A DNA stretch of 64,000 bases from a virus. The notes beneath the pieces were generated by a model. It did not search any database, was not told the origin of the DNA, and saw nothing but the letters and a program-made list of their open reading frames with translations. This document shows positions 49,691 through 61,585 of the stretch, piece after piece; within the stretch, counting starts at the first letter, position 1, and each line of letters starts with the position of its first letter. The translations under genes were made by a program, and so were the position numbers. The DNA lies in IMG/VR virus record IMGVR_UViG_3300047476_000597, positions 1-64,000 of that record, one strand, 5' to 3'.

Positions 49691-52600
49691 TTAATCTACA
49701 TTAAAAGAAATTACAGTTGTCCCTGTTAGTGGTGTGAAACAATCTTTTGCCCAGGCATTAATATACTCTCCTATTTGTGGATCACCAGACATAGTATCTA
49801 CTAATAATGTTCCACTAAACTCTTCTTTACTATGTTTTCCATTTGTCAGTACTATTTTTTCTCCATTTGTAGTTTTGAATCTTACTAACATAACTTTATC
49901 CCAATTTATGTTCTCTTTCTTGTTTGTTATTAGTTCTGTTGTCATTTTGTTGTTTTTATTATTGATTGTTGTTATACATATGCACTATAGCGAAAGATTC
50001 ACGCTTTTTACCTATATAGAGGGTCACTGTGAGATGGTAGAAACACTGTTGCTTCGGTGGTTATACCATTGCTGCTGAACGTATCTATCAGTATTGTTTG
50101 ACCTTCCTCTTCTACATAAGATAGTAGCTCTATTAGAGTACTTTTCTTACAGCTGCCTGCTATTTTGATGATTGCTTTTCTCCTGCCTAGATATACTACA
50201 TCTATTAGAGTAATGTATTTACTCAGTGTGTTGAGTGTTGATGTTTGTTTCATATACTACTGTATTTTTATAATGTTACGATACTCTGTTATAAAACTCT
50301 TTCCCCAACCACATACAGTTAGTGTGTATGTTTTACCGGTATCCAGTGACATGAACAGCTCACTGTTGTTATAGGCACCGTTGATGAGACTGTTCTCTAT
50401 TACGAATAGCTCTTTATCTGTTTTTACTAGATACCGGTATTCAGTTGTTATATCTCCACCGGCACCAGACATTCTTGTTTGTACCTGTTTACTCCTGATA
50501 GTACAGCTGATGGTTTCTCTTTTTGTGTCACCTATTACTGTTCTTATAGAATATACTAGGATTATTAGAACTATTATACCAGCTACTATGTATGTTCTGT
50601 TACGCATTGTTTTGTATTTTTTGTGTATGCTCATTGTTATCATAGTTTACTCTGGATTATTTACTGTTTCGACTACATTGTACTCTTTTTCTGTAAGAGC
50701 TACCCACTGATTACTATTCCTATCTGTAGGGATATGTCTCAGATTGAGTATATACACTATCTTACTATCATCGTCTGGTTCTCTGAGCTGTATACGAGTC
50801 TCATATTCTTCAGTAGCTACTAGGCCGTAACATTTTAGTCTACCTATTGCTTTTTCTTTTATTGTTATTACTGATGGTTGTTCCATTGTTATTGTTGTTT
50901 TTTGTTTGTTTTTAGAAAAGAGATAGGATTTATAGGTATACGTATGAATATTATTAGTCTATTATTTCTGGTATTACATAGATAGAAGATACTATATAGT
51001 TTTTAAAATACTCTGGATTAGTTGATTTGTGATTGACAAAATACACAAAGTTGTGTAGTATTACCTGAGATTGTATTATTGTATCCTCTTCTGTTGTTAT
51101 AGTATATACCTTAGCATGTTTTATATCCTCAGACATATCACACATTGTACTACAGTGATAACCAATAAACTCTCCATCTTTACTGGTGTATTTGAATACT
51201 TTTTTCATGTTTGTTGTTTTTATTGATTAATAATACTAATGAGCATAGTCGTATCTAGACAGAGGATTAGTATCTCTCCAAGCTACAGGATGTAATATCA
51301 TGTTTTTATGCTGCGCTTTTTTAACAGCATTAGGTTGAGTGAGTCCTGGTCTATTGTGGTCTTCTGCTAGTGCTAATCTACTACTATTGAATGCGATGAG
51401 CTCATTAAACTTGACAGCTGGTATGTATGGTACTATTACTACAGCTTCTTGGTTTCCTAATCTCTGTAGCTGTTGACTATTAGCATACCGGATAGCTAGT
51501 TGCAGACCTAGTTTTGTTGTAGCTGGTCGTATCTTAGTTTTCTTATTAATAGCCTTATTGACAGCTTTACTCACACTCTCAGGACACATGTCTTCACCTA
51601 GTAGGTATTTTACTAATGCTGATCGTTCTTTGAATATAGCTATACACTCTGGTACAGCTGTATTGTATATAGCTATTGGTGCCATGTTAGATAATGCTTC
51701 TTGGATACTGTGTGTTGTGTTTTTCATACGTTGTTTGTTTTATTTTTTGTAACGCTTTAGTGTATAGTTGTCTTTTACCCACTGCATAAACTCTTTCCAG
51801 CAATTCTCTGATATGTAATTAGCTATTTTATTGTGGTGCTCATATCTATTAAGGACTTCTTCACCATAACGTAATACTAATCTATCATAACATGTTATAC
51901 CACAATAGTTTTTACCTAGATTACACAGCCACTGATTTTTCAACCAGCTGTAAACACCTATATAACCCTTATCTTTTTGGTATCCTTTCTCTCCACCCCA
52001 CTTTTTCTCTTTTTTAGGCTCAGATACTATTATATCATCTAGCTCATCTTCTATAGCCCAGTCTGCATATTCTCCCATGATTAGTTATTTATTGGATTAG
52101 AAATAGATTGGTCATTAGCTTCTAGTCCCCATTTTGATACTATAACAATACCACCATTGTTTAAAACAGCATATACTATAGGATCTTTGTTTATTGGGTT
52201 TTCTTGGAACATATCTTGTGGTGCTAATATAAACAAACAGCTAGAAGCAGGAGTACCGTCTTCATAAAATGCTTTACATACAGCATTTTTGATATTGTCT
52301 TTCAGTACCTGTTCTGTTTTTACTTTTTCTAGGAATCCTTTTATCTCTCTTAGATTTTTCATAGGTACATCTCCTATATACCTATCTATTGTTCCTTCTA
52401 TTAGGTTGTATTTTCTCGCTACCCTGTTTAAAGAAACACGTTCTACTACATTGTAACCTAAAGATCTTATATTGTTTACAAGATTATTCTTTTCTGTTAT
52501 TTTGGTATTACGTACATATTTTTTTACATCTGGATGACCATAAAAACCCGTTTGTAACATTAGTTGAGCTTTTTCTTCTGTTATAAACAGTGGTTCAGTA

Positions 52601-55600
52601 ATACCCAACGTAAAAGATTCTGACAGAGCTGTATGTATTTCTTGTATTTCTGTTCTAGTGAGTACCATGTTTTTGTTTGTTTTTGATTATTAAACGAATA
52701 TACTAAAAACCTGCTGCAATCATGTCAGTAAGAAGATGCATAACCCTGTCTTTTGGTGTTTCTTCTGTGTAGATAGCTATATCCTTAGCATCATTTACTG
52801 ATGCTAATAGATCAAAAGATTCTTTTATATTATGTTGTTTTTCAAAAAACATCTTTATTGCTGCTGATAAACTACTATTGTAACCCCATCCTCTAATACT
52901 TATATCTATAGGATAATCATTAGGATTAAGAGCATTTAGTCTATTAAGATGGCCTATTGCACAATAAGAGTTTTTTCCATTACTATACATATTAGTACAC
53001 CACTGTTCAGCTGGTATAGGATATAATAACCTGTATGCTTTTTGTGCTATTGTTTCATTCTCTGGTATTTGTGTTTCTGTGTTCATGTTGTTTGTTTTTT
53101 ATGATTGTTGTTTACTATACTCTTTACATGTAGTAGTGTTGTAGTACATTGTACGCTCATATTTTAGCTAGATTACAACAACTACTACAGCAAAGAGCAA
53201 TGTTATTCATTCTTAGGCCATACATTCTTTTCATACCAGCTGCAGAATGCTACTGGATCTTTCATCATATCAGCTAGTGTTTGATCTTTAGCTGGGGATA
53301 CCCTATACACCATTGGTTTTTGTGGGAACTTTATATACGTACCCTGAGTAACATCTGTATATGTCATTGTGAGACCTAACAATGTACCAACCTCTAAACA
53401 TACTAGACAGCCATTGTCCTCACTGACTACTGGTACATACCTGTCTGCTGGTTGATACTTAGATCTGAATAGACCTATTGTTCTTGATTGTGCTTCTTCT
53501 AGCACTTCTTGTAATGATTTGCTTTCTGTTGTCATTGTTGTGTTTTTGATTGTTAACTACTGAATGATACTAGATACCCTTGTCTTTGATAGTTTGCTAC
53601 TATACTAGCTATAGAATCTGATGAACAGCTGCCACCTGCTACATAATGTCCTTGATTGTGTATACTGAATATGTTATCATCTTGTATGTAGTTTATGTGG
53701 GTGAACTTTTGATTGTTGGTTGCCTTCAGCTGTTATAGGAGTGGTAGGTATTTCTACCCATGTTTCAGATATTTCCATTTTGACCAGCTGAATACCTCTA
53801 CGTTCTAGTATACCAGCTATCAGATCATCTTGTTCTTGTTCTGTGAGTGTGATAGCACTAGTAGTATTGAACAGATCATCAGATATAATCATCATTATTT
53901 TGTTATTGTCTTCTACTGCTAATAGGTCTATTATACTACCTTTTTCTTGCAGCTGTTGTGAATAATAATGATTAGTCATTGTTTTCGTTTTTGAATGTTT
54001 TTAGAATATTTACTCTAGTTTGTAAAGCTGTTATGATGTCTGGAATAGTTTCACACATTGCAGGAACATTTGTAATATAATCAGAGTTTATTATTACAAA
54101 CTTTGACTTCTCAAGAAGCCATTGACAACCATATACTGCTTCATCAAAAACAATATTAGCACAATAACATACCCCACGTTCTACAGAGTATTCTTTACAT
54201 ATTGCTTTTGCACCTTCAAGAGTATAAAAGAGTTGAACATCTTTTATGCATTTCTCATAGTGTTTTATCAGCTGTTTAGCCAGCTGTTCTGTCATTAGTA
54301 TTGCCATGATTGTTGTTTTTATGTTGTTAATAATTAGATATATCTCCAGTGAGTTGGTGTATAATACACATACATACTACCGTCAGCTAACCACCATAGG
54401 TTGCCTTTACGTTTTAGGTATTGTACATTTCTTTCGCCAGATGCATCGACTATTCTTGTTTCTACTATTAGATTATCTGGTGGCAACATGTTATTTACTG
54501 ATGTCCAGTTCATTGTGCTGTGTTTTATATTGTGATTAATAGCATTGTTGATAAAACTCTACGACAGCTGCAATAGGATGTATAACAGCTTCATCTATAT
54601 TATGTGGTTTTGTCACAGTTTTGTGTACAGCTGCTATAAAAACAGTTCCTACAAATGCAGCTGTTATATATTCTTCTACAGTTTCTACTTCATTATCAGG
54701 ATCAATGTCTTTAGTACCTTTGATAATAGCATACAAAAAATATTCTTTTGTTGTGTAATAACGATTGTTTATTGTTTTTATGACTAGCATTGTGTTTGTG
54801 TTTTTTATGATTAATATTATTACACCAGCTACATAGTAATAATGATATAGTTGTATCTATCATTATTACCAACTAGCTGTGTTAGTTGCCGATGTCACTC
54901 ATAAACTGAGTATCTATATCTTGGTTATCTGAACTATGCATTGCTTTTAGTTTTAACAATGCAGCATCTGCTATTAATGCTATTCTATGTTCTGTAGATA
55001 GATACTTACAGGTATCTATGTATTGTTCTACGAACTCAATATCTCTGTCTAGGTTTTGCATATCTGTGTATGCTGTACCTCTTGCTTTATATTCTGTCAT
55101 TTTATTTTGTTTTAGTTTGTTATAAAAATACCTATAGATGAGTATGGGGTATGGTCCATTGGGCTTCGACTCTCGTATGAGTCCCTGCTGAACGTATCCA
55201 ACATAGGGCTTAGGCCGTAACGGCACCTGTGACCATCTCATACCCACCTACAGGCATTGATTGTTATTCAACTGGTTCAACCAACCTAATGTTCAATGGA
55301 TTACAGTATATTATCTGACCATCATCACATATAACTGCTATAGGCATAGTTATCTCAACATTACTCCATATTCTTCTTATACCAGTAGTCTGCATACTAT
55401 CTGTCTTTACTATACGGCCTTGTCTATGAGTATAATCATTAAGAGATGTACCAGCTGGATACATAGCAGTCCATTCATCATCTCTGAGTCCTATAGTATT
55501 AATATGACAATCACGTAGACCACTGTTATCTACGAATACCACTCTACCACCTATAGATGCTTCTATAGTATGACATTCTCTAGAGGTTTCTTTGTTGTTA

Positions 55601-56068
55601 TCATTGTATCTTATCCAATATCCTGTTATTGTGTTCATGTTTGTGTGTTTTAAATTGTTAGTATTGTTACTGATTAGACAGCTATCTGATATTAGACTCA
55701 GGATAATAACCATAAGATAGACCACCTGTATCAGCTGGTAATATATCTACAGGTAGTTTATCCAGATCGTAATAGTATACGGTATCTGTTTTACCATCTA
55801 ACCAATCTTGTAACAGCTGCTGCCCTATCTTCAGTCTTTCTATAGTATCCTTCACATTAGCCTTGAACCTGTCATCATTTACGAATGTATCTGACCACAC
55901 TTTATTCCTTCTAGGCTGGTACTGATCCGCTTGTACTGATTCATTTGTTACTGAGCCCCTTATCTGTAACATAAAATTCATTGACCCAAAAACAGTTAGG
56001 TTGTCTTTATTGATGTCTGATTGCTTTATTGATTGCATAATACGATAGCCACTATAGTAGGCACACAC
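49691..56068 (-). other. Cluster of about 16 small hypothetical early genes (49691..49945, 50008..50253, 50257..50643 membrane protein, 50647..50886, 50954..51208, 51236..51727, 51740..52078, 52081..52668, 52703..53086, 53203..53535, 53677..53979, 53972..54307, 54536..54790, 54882..55100, 55264..55638, 55682..56068)
   Basis: ORF track; A-rich upstream regions before the ATGs; some starts trimmed to internal ATGs. Confidence 0.65.
55142..55243 (-). ncRNA. Candidate ~100-nt four-way-junction structured RNA
   Basis: Closing stem GUAUG..AUGGUC/GACCAU..CAUAC enclosing three hairpins, one with a UACG loop; G-U pairs form only on the minus strand. Confidence 0.55.
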
Positions 56069-56396
56069 TGTTATGAATGATTGTTGTTGTCGTTATTGTT
56101 TGTATTAGAGAATGTTGTATGTGCGTATATATAGCAGAAAAGAAAAAGAATGAAAGAAAGGACAAAAGGAATAGTCACCCTCCCTCACTCTCACCAACTC
56201 ACAATATTTTTTCCACCAACACATATTAAAAGCGCTATTAATACGTTACAGCTGTAACAATCTACTAGCTGTCGTTAGTATTCTAGCTGGTATCTGATGT
56301 TATGCTCCGTTAGTTATTGTACTCATATCTACTAGGTAATAAGAATAAGGGAATCGGCTACAATCGTTACTGGTGGCTGCTTTCAATATTGGAAAC

Positions 56397-56487
56397 TATC
56401 CCAAAAAGGATACTTTTTCCGGGAATACTATCCTTTTTTGGATACTTTTCCTTTAATATTGTTGACATTAGTATCCTTTTTTGGATA
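56397..56487. repeat. Three copies of the palindromic operator/iteron TATCC-N6-GGATA
   Basis: Copies start at 56397, 56429 and 56472 (32 and 43 bp apart), just upstream of the -7 box TATCTTTG (56496-56503). Confidence 0.85.
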
Positions 56488-56518
56488 GAATAAACTATCT
56501 TTGTACAAAAGAAACAAT

Positions 56519-57028
56519 ATGCAAAAGACAGTATTCCACAGCACAAACAACAGTATAAGAGGTGACGAGTATGAAAACCCTTTAACAGGAGCTACACTGC
56601 ATGATGATGTTGAAGGTGATAGAGTATATCATAAGAAGCAGACTGGAACATTTCATATTGATAGTAATAACTACGTAATATTTGATGATGCTGCAGCAGC
56701 TTATCTATGTAGAGAGTTATCTGATCCAGACTATGCTCGTGTTGTTAAGATAGGTAGTATGCTATACTCAGATTGTTCTGTGGTGTATAACAGAGAGAAA
56801 AGAACAGCACACTCATCTGAAACACTGAGTACAGCTCTTAACATGGATCTTAATAAGTTCTATGTTATGGTACGTAAGCTGGTTAAGAAGAACATACTGT
56901 CGTATTGTGTATGTGCTCCATCAGGCTATGTGCAGAAGATATACATGCTTAATCCGTACATTATACGTAAGACTAAGAACCTAAACTGCGAACTACACTC
57001 ATTCTTCAGAGACGTAACACAAGAATAA
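56519..57028 (+). CDS. RepL-like winged-helix protein (likely start ATG 56519)
   Basis: HTH region ..LSTALNM..FYVMVRKLVKKNIL.. and IYMLNPYIIRK wing; only plus-strand gene in the minus block. Confidence 0.65.
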   Translation: MQKTVFHSTNNSIRGDEYENPLTGATLHDDVEGDRVYHKKQTGTFHIDSNNYVIFDDAAAAYLCRELSDPDYARVVKIGSMLYSDCSVVYNREKRTAHSSETLSTALNMDLNKFYVMVRKLVKKNILSYCVCAPSGYVQKIYMLNPYIIRKTKNLNCELHSFFRDVTQE

Positions 57029-57217
57029 CTATGAGCAACTACTATCTAGTATGGGACGGAAAAGAACCTGACAGTCAGCTAATGATTGCGTATGATTACC
57101 AAAGAGCAATAAAATATGCTAGAGAACACAGCAGCTATGTCAAGGACTACAACGGGAATATGTTATGTGATTACAGGCATTGATAACCCGAAATCGAGTA
57201 TACAGATTACAGACTAA

Positions 57218-57262
57218 TAAAGAACAGCCTACTACCAGTTACGGTAATAGGCTGCTTTGTTT
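57218..57262. terminator. Bidirectional terminator between convergent genes
   Basis: CAGCCTA.TACC/GGTA.TAGGCTG stem with T-rich tails on both strands. Confidence 0.65.
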
Positions 57263-57265
57263 GTA

Positions 57266-57868
57266 CTATTTGGTTGTACCAGCTAACATGTTAGCAGCTG
57301 CATTCTGTATAGCACCAGTGTTTGCTTTACCAGATTGTGCAGTGAATGCCTCTAGTTCTTGCTGATTAGTATGCTCTATACGTACATCATGAGCTGTACC
57401 AGTTGGTTCCCAATAACGGATGTTATAGATAGGTTGGTCATTCACCTTCATAGGTATACCAGCTGTACGTAATGCCTCACTACCAAACTTCAGGTCTTGT
57501 AGAGGATTAGCTGGATTAGGCGGTGTTAATGTATCTTCCGATACTATCTTACCACCGATGTTCATTCCAGCCTTGTATTGAGCTTGTAATGAGGTCACAC
57601 GCCCTCTTTGGAGACATGCACGTACTACATCATACTGCACACCCTTCTGAAACTCTGTAGTTGCACTATACAGCTGTATGTAACCAAAGCCCTTATCACC
57701 ACGAGCTGTTACAAAATCTCCTGGTAGCTGGTGTACACTACCGTCTTCATCTTCCATGAATTCAGGCATTACTATTACTGCACCTGGTTTTCCTTGTTTT
57801 GCATACTCCAGACTCATTTTCTCTGCGTATGTTCTTTTTGCGTCTCTTACTTTCTGCGAATTTGCCAT
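57266..57868 (-). CDS. Hypothetical protein
   Basis: ORF track, 200 aa, good start context. Confidence 0.75.
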   Translation of the reverse strand: MANSQKVRDAKRTYAEKMSLEYAKQGKPGAVIVMPEFMEDEDGSVHQLPGDFVTARGDKGFGYIQLYSATTEFQKGVQYDVVRACLQRGRVTSLQAQYKAGMNIGGKIVSEDTLTPPNPANPLQDLKFGSEALRTAGIPMKVNDQPIYNIRYWEPTGTAHDVRIEHTNQQELEAFTAQSGKANTGAIQNAAANMLAGTTK

Positions 57869-58078
57869 AATACTTCTGTTTTTGTATTGGATTGTTATAA
57901 AAATGGTTAAGACACATTAGTGTTTCGGCTATTAAAGCCATAGTATTACTACTATCTGGATAATACCAGTCATCAGTTAACCTTTATTGAAAGACCCATT
58001 ATTAACTATTAGTTAGTAGAGGTGTGGTTCTCATAGGAGACAAAACCTGTTTAACTTTCAGTTAATAATGGGTAGATA

Positions 58079-58835
58079 TTATGTAGTAACAGGTGTTAGC
58101 TCTTCTATTGTAGGGAGTTGTCCTTCTTCTAGTACTACTTGTTCGCCTATAGTACAGTATATGTTTTCAAATACACCAGCACGTACCTCTAAGATGTAAT
58201 TAGCTGCTTCAACAGCTGCCTCTCTATTAGAGTATACAAACTCTCTTGTAGTATACGTCTTATTGTGGTGTACGTGAACAGTAACCAGATATACTTTATT
58301 CATTGTTATAGATTGAGAGATTAATAAAAACCAGCTGACTGCATTACACAACCAGCTGGATAAACACAACACATAATCACACTATCGGAACTTGTTCTCA
58401 ATAAGAGCACAACAAGCTGCAAGACACAAGAAAACACCAGCATACAGGAACGTAATCCCATTACCAGTATACATACTACTCATCATTGCAGCAGCAGCTG
58501 TAACAGTGAGTAATACAACAAATAACATAATCACTATAGAACGTATAGTCATAACACAATAGATTAAGAGAGTGAGAGAATGAGAATATATAACAATAAC
58601 CAAACACTAGGGATTAACCTAGTGCTTGGAGTTTAGCAATGAGAACAGGTAATTCAGCCTCGTATTGGGCTGATATACCAGCATTACGTACACGTTGTGC
58701 AAGATATTGCTCACGTAACTCAATAGAGTCCATGAGATATTCTTTACGACATATGTTCGTAAAATGAGTAAGAGTCTGCTCATCAACATGAGGAGCTAGA
58801 AGATGCAGGATACGTGACACTGTATTACTGTCCAT
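58079..58835 (-). other. Three small CDS at the start of the minus-strand block (58079..58303, 58382..58552 membrane, 58614..58835)
   Basis: ORF track, starts trimmed to ATG. Confidence 0.6.
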
Positions 58836-59116
58836 GAGTTGTGCGATTTTAGAGTGGATAAAACATTTCGATACGGGGTACCGAGGCTAATGGATTGAAG
58901 GGGAGTCGGATTTGGCATAGTCCTACCCACAGACATTTCCATTAGGTTTTTATAAAAAATTTTCTACTACTCCCAGTCACAGCTATCTTTATGTTTTTAT
59001 TTTTAAAAAAAATTTCAAAATATCCGATAGTTGTAGTACCCTTGTTTTATCCTATACTATTCCTACCTTTGTTATTCACTAGCATCTACCGGTGTAAAGA
59101 CGAACCGGATTATACA

Positions 59117-59815
59117 ATGACTAATACACAGAGTTTTGCTGCAAGAGAGTTAGACATACTCTCTAAGACATGGGATAAGAATAACCCAGATGAGGAACCA
59201 GTTATCCTAGAGTTTACTCCTGAGATACTAGCACTATGTGAGAGGTTTGGTAATAGTGGACAGAGTGGAGGATCTGCACCTTATGTAGCTGGTGCTATAT
59301 GTAATGCACTGAAGAAGCTGCTGTTACAAGAACCTATTGCACCTATAACAGGAGTAGAGGATGAGTGGTTCAGTGTCTATGGTATGAACCCTAAAAAACC
59401 AGAAGGTTATCAAAACAGTCGCTGTAGTTCATTGTTCAAGGATGCTAATATACAAGACGGTAATCCTTATTATCTAGATGCTATAGTGTGGAAAGGCGAT
59501 ACAGAAGGAGAGTCTGGTACTGATTGGGAAACATTCTCCGGTACTGTAGCTGGTATAACTAGTAGGCAGTTCATTAAAGGGTTTCCATTCATTCCTAAAA
59601 CATTCTACATAGATGTTACTAGAGAATATCTACCAGCTGACCATACAGAGGAACCATTCTATGAGTTTGATTACTATGATCAAAAGATATACGAGGCAAC
59701 TGGTGTTAGAGAGTGGGTAAAAGAAAAATACCGATATAAGATAAAGGACCCTAAGCAGCTAGAAAAGGTTTGGAAATACTATAAACAACCAAAACAGCAA
59801 CATGACAACATCTGA
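59117..59815 (+). CDS. Conserved hypothetical phage protein (start ATG 59117; promoter TACCTTTG at 59064-59071)
   Basis: ELDIL..FGNSGQSGGSAPY..LLLQEPIAPITG.EDEW..QNSRCS. Confidence 0.75.
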   Translation: MTNTQSFAARELDILSKTWDKNNPDEEPVILEFTPEILALCERFGNSGQSGGSAPYVAGAICNALKKLLLQEPIAPITGVEDEWFSVYGMNPKKPEGYQNSRCSSLFKDANIQDGNPYYLDAIVWKGDTEGESGTDWETFSGTVAGITSRQFIKGFPFIPKTFYIDVTREYLPADHTEEPFYEFDYYDQKIYEATGVREWVKEKYRYKIKDPKQLEKVWKYYKQPKQQHDNI

Positions 59816-60179
59816 GATACGCATACCACTCCCACTAACAGACCTATCTGATAGAAGAGTACTATCAGTAAAAGAGTGTAGTATGGTATTATACCCACAA
59901 CACATAGAGTATAAGGTCATTACTAAATACGAGCAGATGGACAAGTCTACCGGTATATGGGAAGAGGTTTCTGCTAACTACCGGTGGACTAGAAAAAGAT
60001 CTAGTATGGCTGAGGTTAATATGCTGTATTGTAATAAAGAAAAGATGTATGTTGTAGGTATTGATGTGTTAGGAGCTGATAGTAACTGCTGGCACTGGGC
60101 TGATCCAAAAGCTGCACTAACTATATACAACCAGCTGCGAGATTATATGTTAGGTAAAACCTTGTTTGTTTCAGAATAA
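59802..60179 (+). CDS. Hypothetical protein
   Basis: ORF track, overlaps the upstream stop. Confidence 0.7.
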   Translation: MTTSEIRIPLPLTDLSDRRVLSVKECSMVLYPQHIEYKVITKYEQMDKSTGIWEEVSANYRWTRKRSSMAEVNMLYCNKEKMYVVGIDVLGADSNCWHWADPKAALTIYNQLRDYMLGKTLFVSE

Positions 60180-60183
60180 TTAC

Positions 60184-60245
60184 TACCTTTGTTATGTATT
60201 CATAGAATTGATTTTCCCTGGCTTGGTCTCAAGCTGGGGTTTTCT
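60184..60245 (+). ncRNA. Candidate ~50-nt sRNA (promoter immediately followed by terminator)
   Basis: TACCTTTG 60184-60191, then hairpin CCCTGGCTTG/CAAGCTGGGG plus TTTT; the next gene has its own TACATTTG box at 60295-60302. Confidence 0.4.
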
Positions 60246-60344
60246 TGTTAATTTCTTAATATACTATTACCAACCTTTTTATTATTATTCTCTGTACATT
60301 TGCAACATCACATCTTTATTATAGTTTCATACTAAACACATAAC

Positions 60345-61580
60345 ATGTCTAAGACATTGTACGCAAAGTATTTAACAGACACAGTTTTACCGAATGTAAA
60401 ACTAGCATACGAGACACAAGCACCTGGTACTCGTGTAATAGCAAAGAATAACGAGATCAGTGAGACTACTGTACTAAAATGGGCAAAAGAGTTTGGGTGG
60501 AAAAGATACCAGGCACCTGTCATAATAAAAGAACCACCAGTAGTAAAAAAGAAAGAAGAGCCGGCCCCATTCATCCCGAAAGAGGCTATTAAGAATAAAA
60601 ATACAGAAGAAGCTCTCAACAGACACAGAAAAGAAAAAGAAGAAGTACTCAAAGAACTAGAAGAGCTGTACATGGCACATGATATAGCTCTAGGTCTAAC
60701 TAAACCAATCAACTATACTATACCAGAAATACTATTTAACGAACATGAAAAAAGTCAGGGTATAGGTATTATACAATACTCTGACTGGCACGTAGAAGAA
60801 AGAGTAGAAAAAAAGACTACACACGGCCTCAATGAATATAACCCAGATATAGCTAGACGAAGAGTAGACAAGCTGACCGAGAATACAATCAAACTAATAA
60901 GAAAAGAACGTCAGGATATTAACCTAGACAAGCTGCTAATAGTACTAGGTGGTGACATGATTAACAGTTTCCTACACGATCATGATGTGCAACAAAACTA
61001 CATGGCACCAATAGAAGCCTGTGAGTTTGCTAAAGAACTAATATGTCGGTCTCTAGCCACTATAGCTGAATATGCAAATGTCCAGAGTATAGACGTTATG
61101 TGTATCAGAGGCAATCACCCACGCTTAACAAAAAAGATGTCCAGCAGCACAGATTATAAAATGAACCTAGAGGCTCTTATATATAACTCTGTAAAACAGG
61201 ATGAGAAGATGAAGAGTGACCTATTCAAATGGCATATTCCTGAGTCACAGTTTGGTTATATAAAGATAGGTAACAAGACTGTAAGAGCTATGCATGGTCA
61301 CGAGATTAACTACAAAGGTGGTATAGGTGGTATCACAATCCCTCTAGTAAAAGCTGTTATGCGATTGAATGATACAATAAAAGCAGACTACACATGTATG
61401 CACCACTACCATACACTGGATATGATAGGAGCTTGTAACACATCTATCAACGGTAGCCTAGTAGGGTATAACAGTTATGCAATGGCTATACAAGCAAAAT
61501 ATGATGCACCCAAACAAGCATTCCAGCTGTTAGATATGGAAAGGGGTTTTACTACCCGGATACCAATATTCTGTGAGTAG
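60345..61580 (+). CDS. Calcineurin-like metallophosphoesterase with N-terminal HTH
   Basis: YSDWH, LGGDMI, RGNHPR, MHGHE, MHHYH, INGSLVG. Confidence 0.85.
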   Translation: MSKTLYAKYLTDTVLPNVKLAYETQAPGTRVIAKNNEISETTVLKWAKEFGWKRYQAPVIIKEPPVVKKKEEPAPFIPKEAIKNKNTEEALNRHRKEKEEVLKELEELYMAHDIALGLTKPINYTIPEILFNEHEKSQGIGIIQYSDWHVEERVEKKTTHGLNEYNPDIARRRVDKLTENTIKLIRKERQDINLDKLLIVLGGDMINSFLHDHDVQQNYMAPIEACEFAKELICRSLATIAEYANVQSIDVMCIRGNHPRLTKKMSSSTDYKMNLEALIYNSVKQDEKMKSDLFKWHIPESQFGYIKIGNKTVRAMHGHEINYKGGIGGITIPLVKAVMRLNDTIKADYTCMHHYHTLDMIGACNTSINGSLVGYNSYAMAIQAKYDAPKQAFQLLDMERGFTTRIPIFCE

Positions 61581-61585
61581 TACAG

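Noticed and set aside
30195-50259. Genome-wide TAG-to-Gln recoding, suggested by TAG-NNN-ATG in-frame junctions (30201, 33764, 50257)
   Set aside because: Long conserved genes contain no internal TAG, TAG ends several complete genes, and no suppressor tRNA was seen
54882-55247. 121-aa ORF with a GTG start covering the structured element
   Set aside because: The real start is more likely the ATG at 55100 with an A-rich leader; the upstream part is explained by RNA structure
1674-55518. Many plus-strand ORFs of 60-214 aa in the ORF track opposite minus-strand genes
   Set aside because: Shadow ORFs rich in L/S/F/I that are antisense to convincing genes and have no motifs
56397-56487. CRISPR array or diversity-generating retroelement
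   Set aside because: Repeats are 16 bp with short uneven spacers; no cas or reverse transcriptase gene and no TR/VR pair in the window
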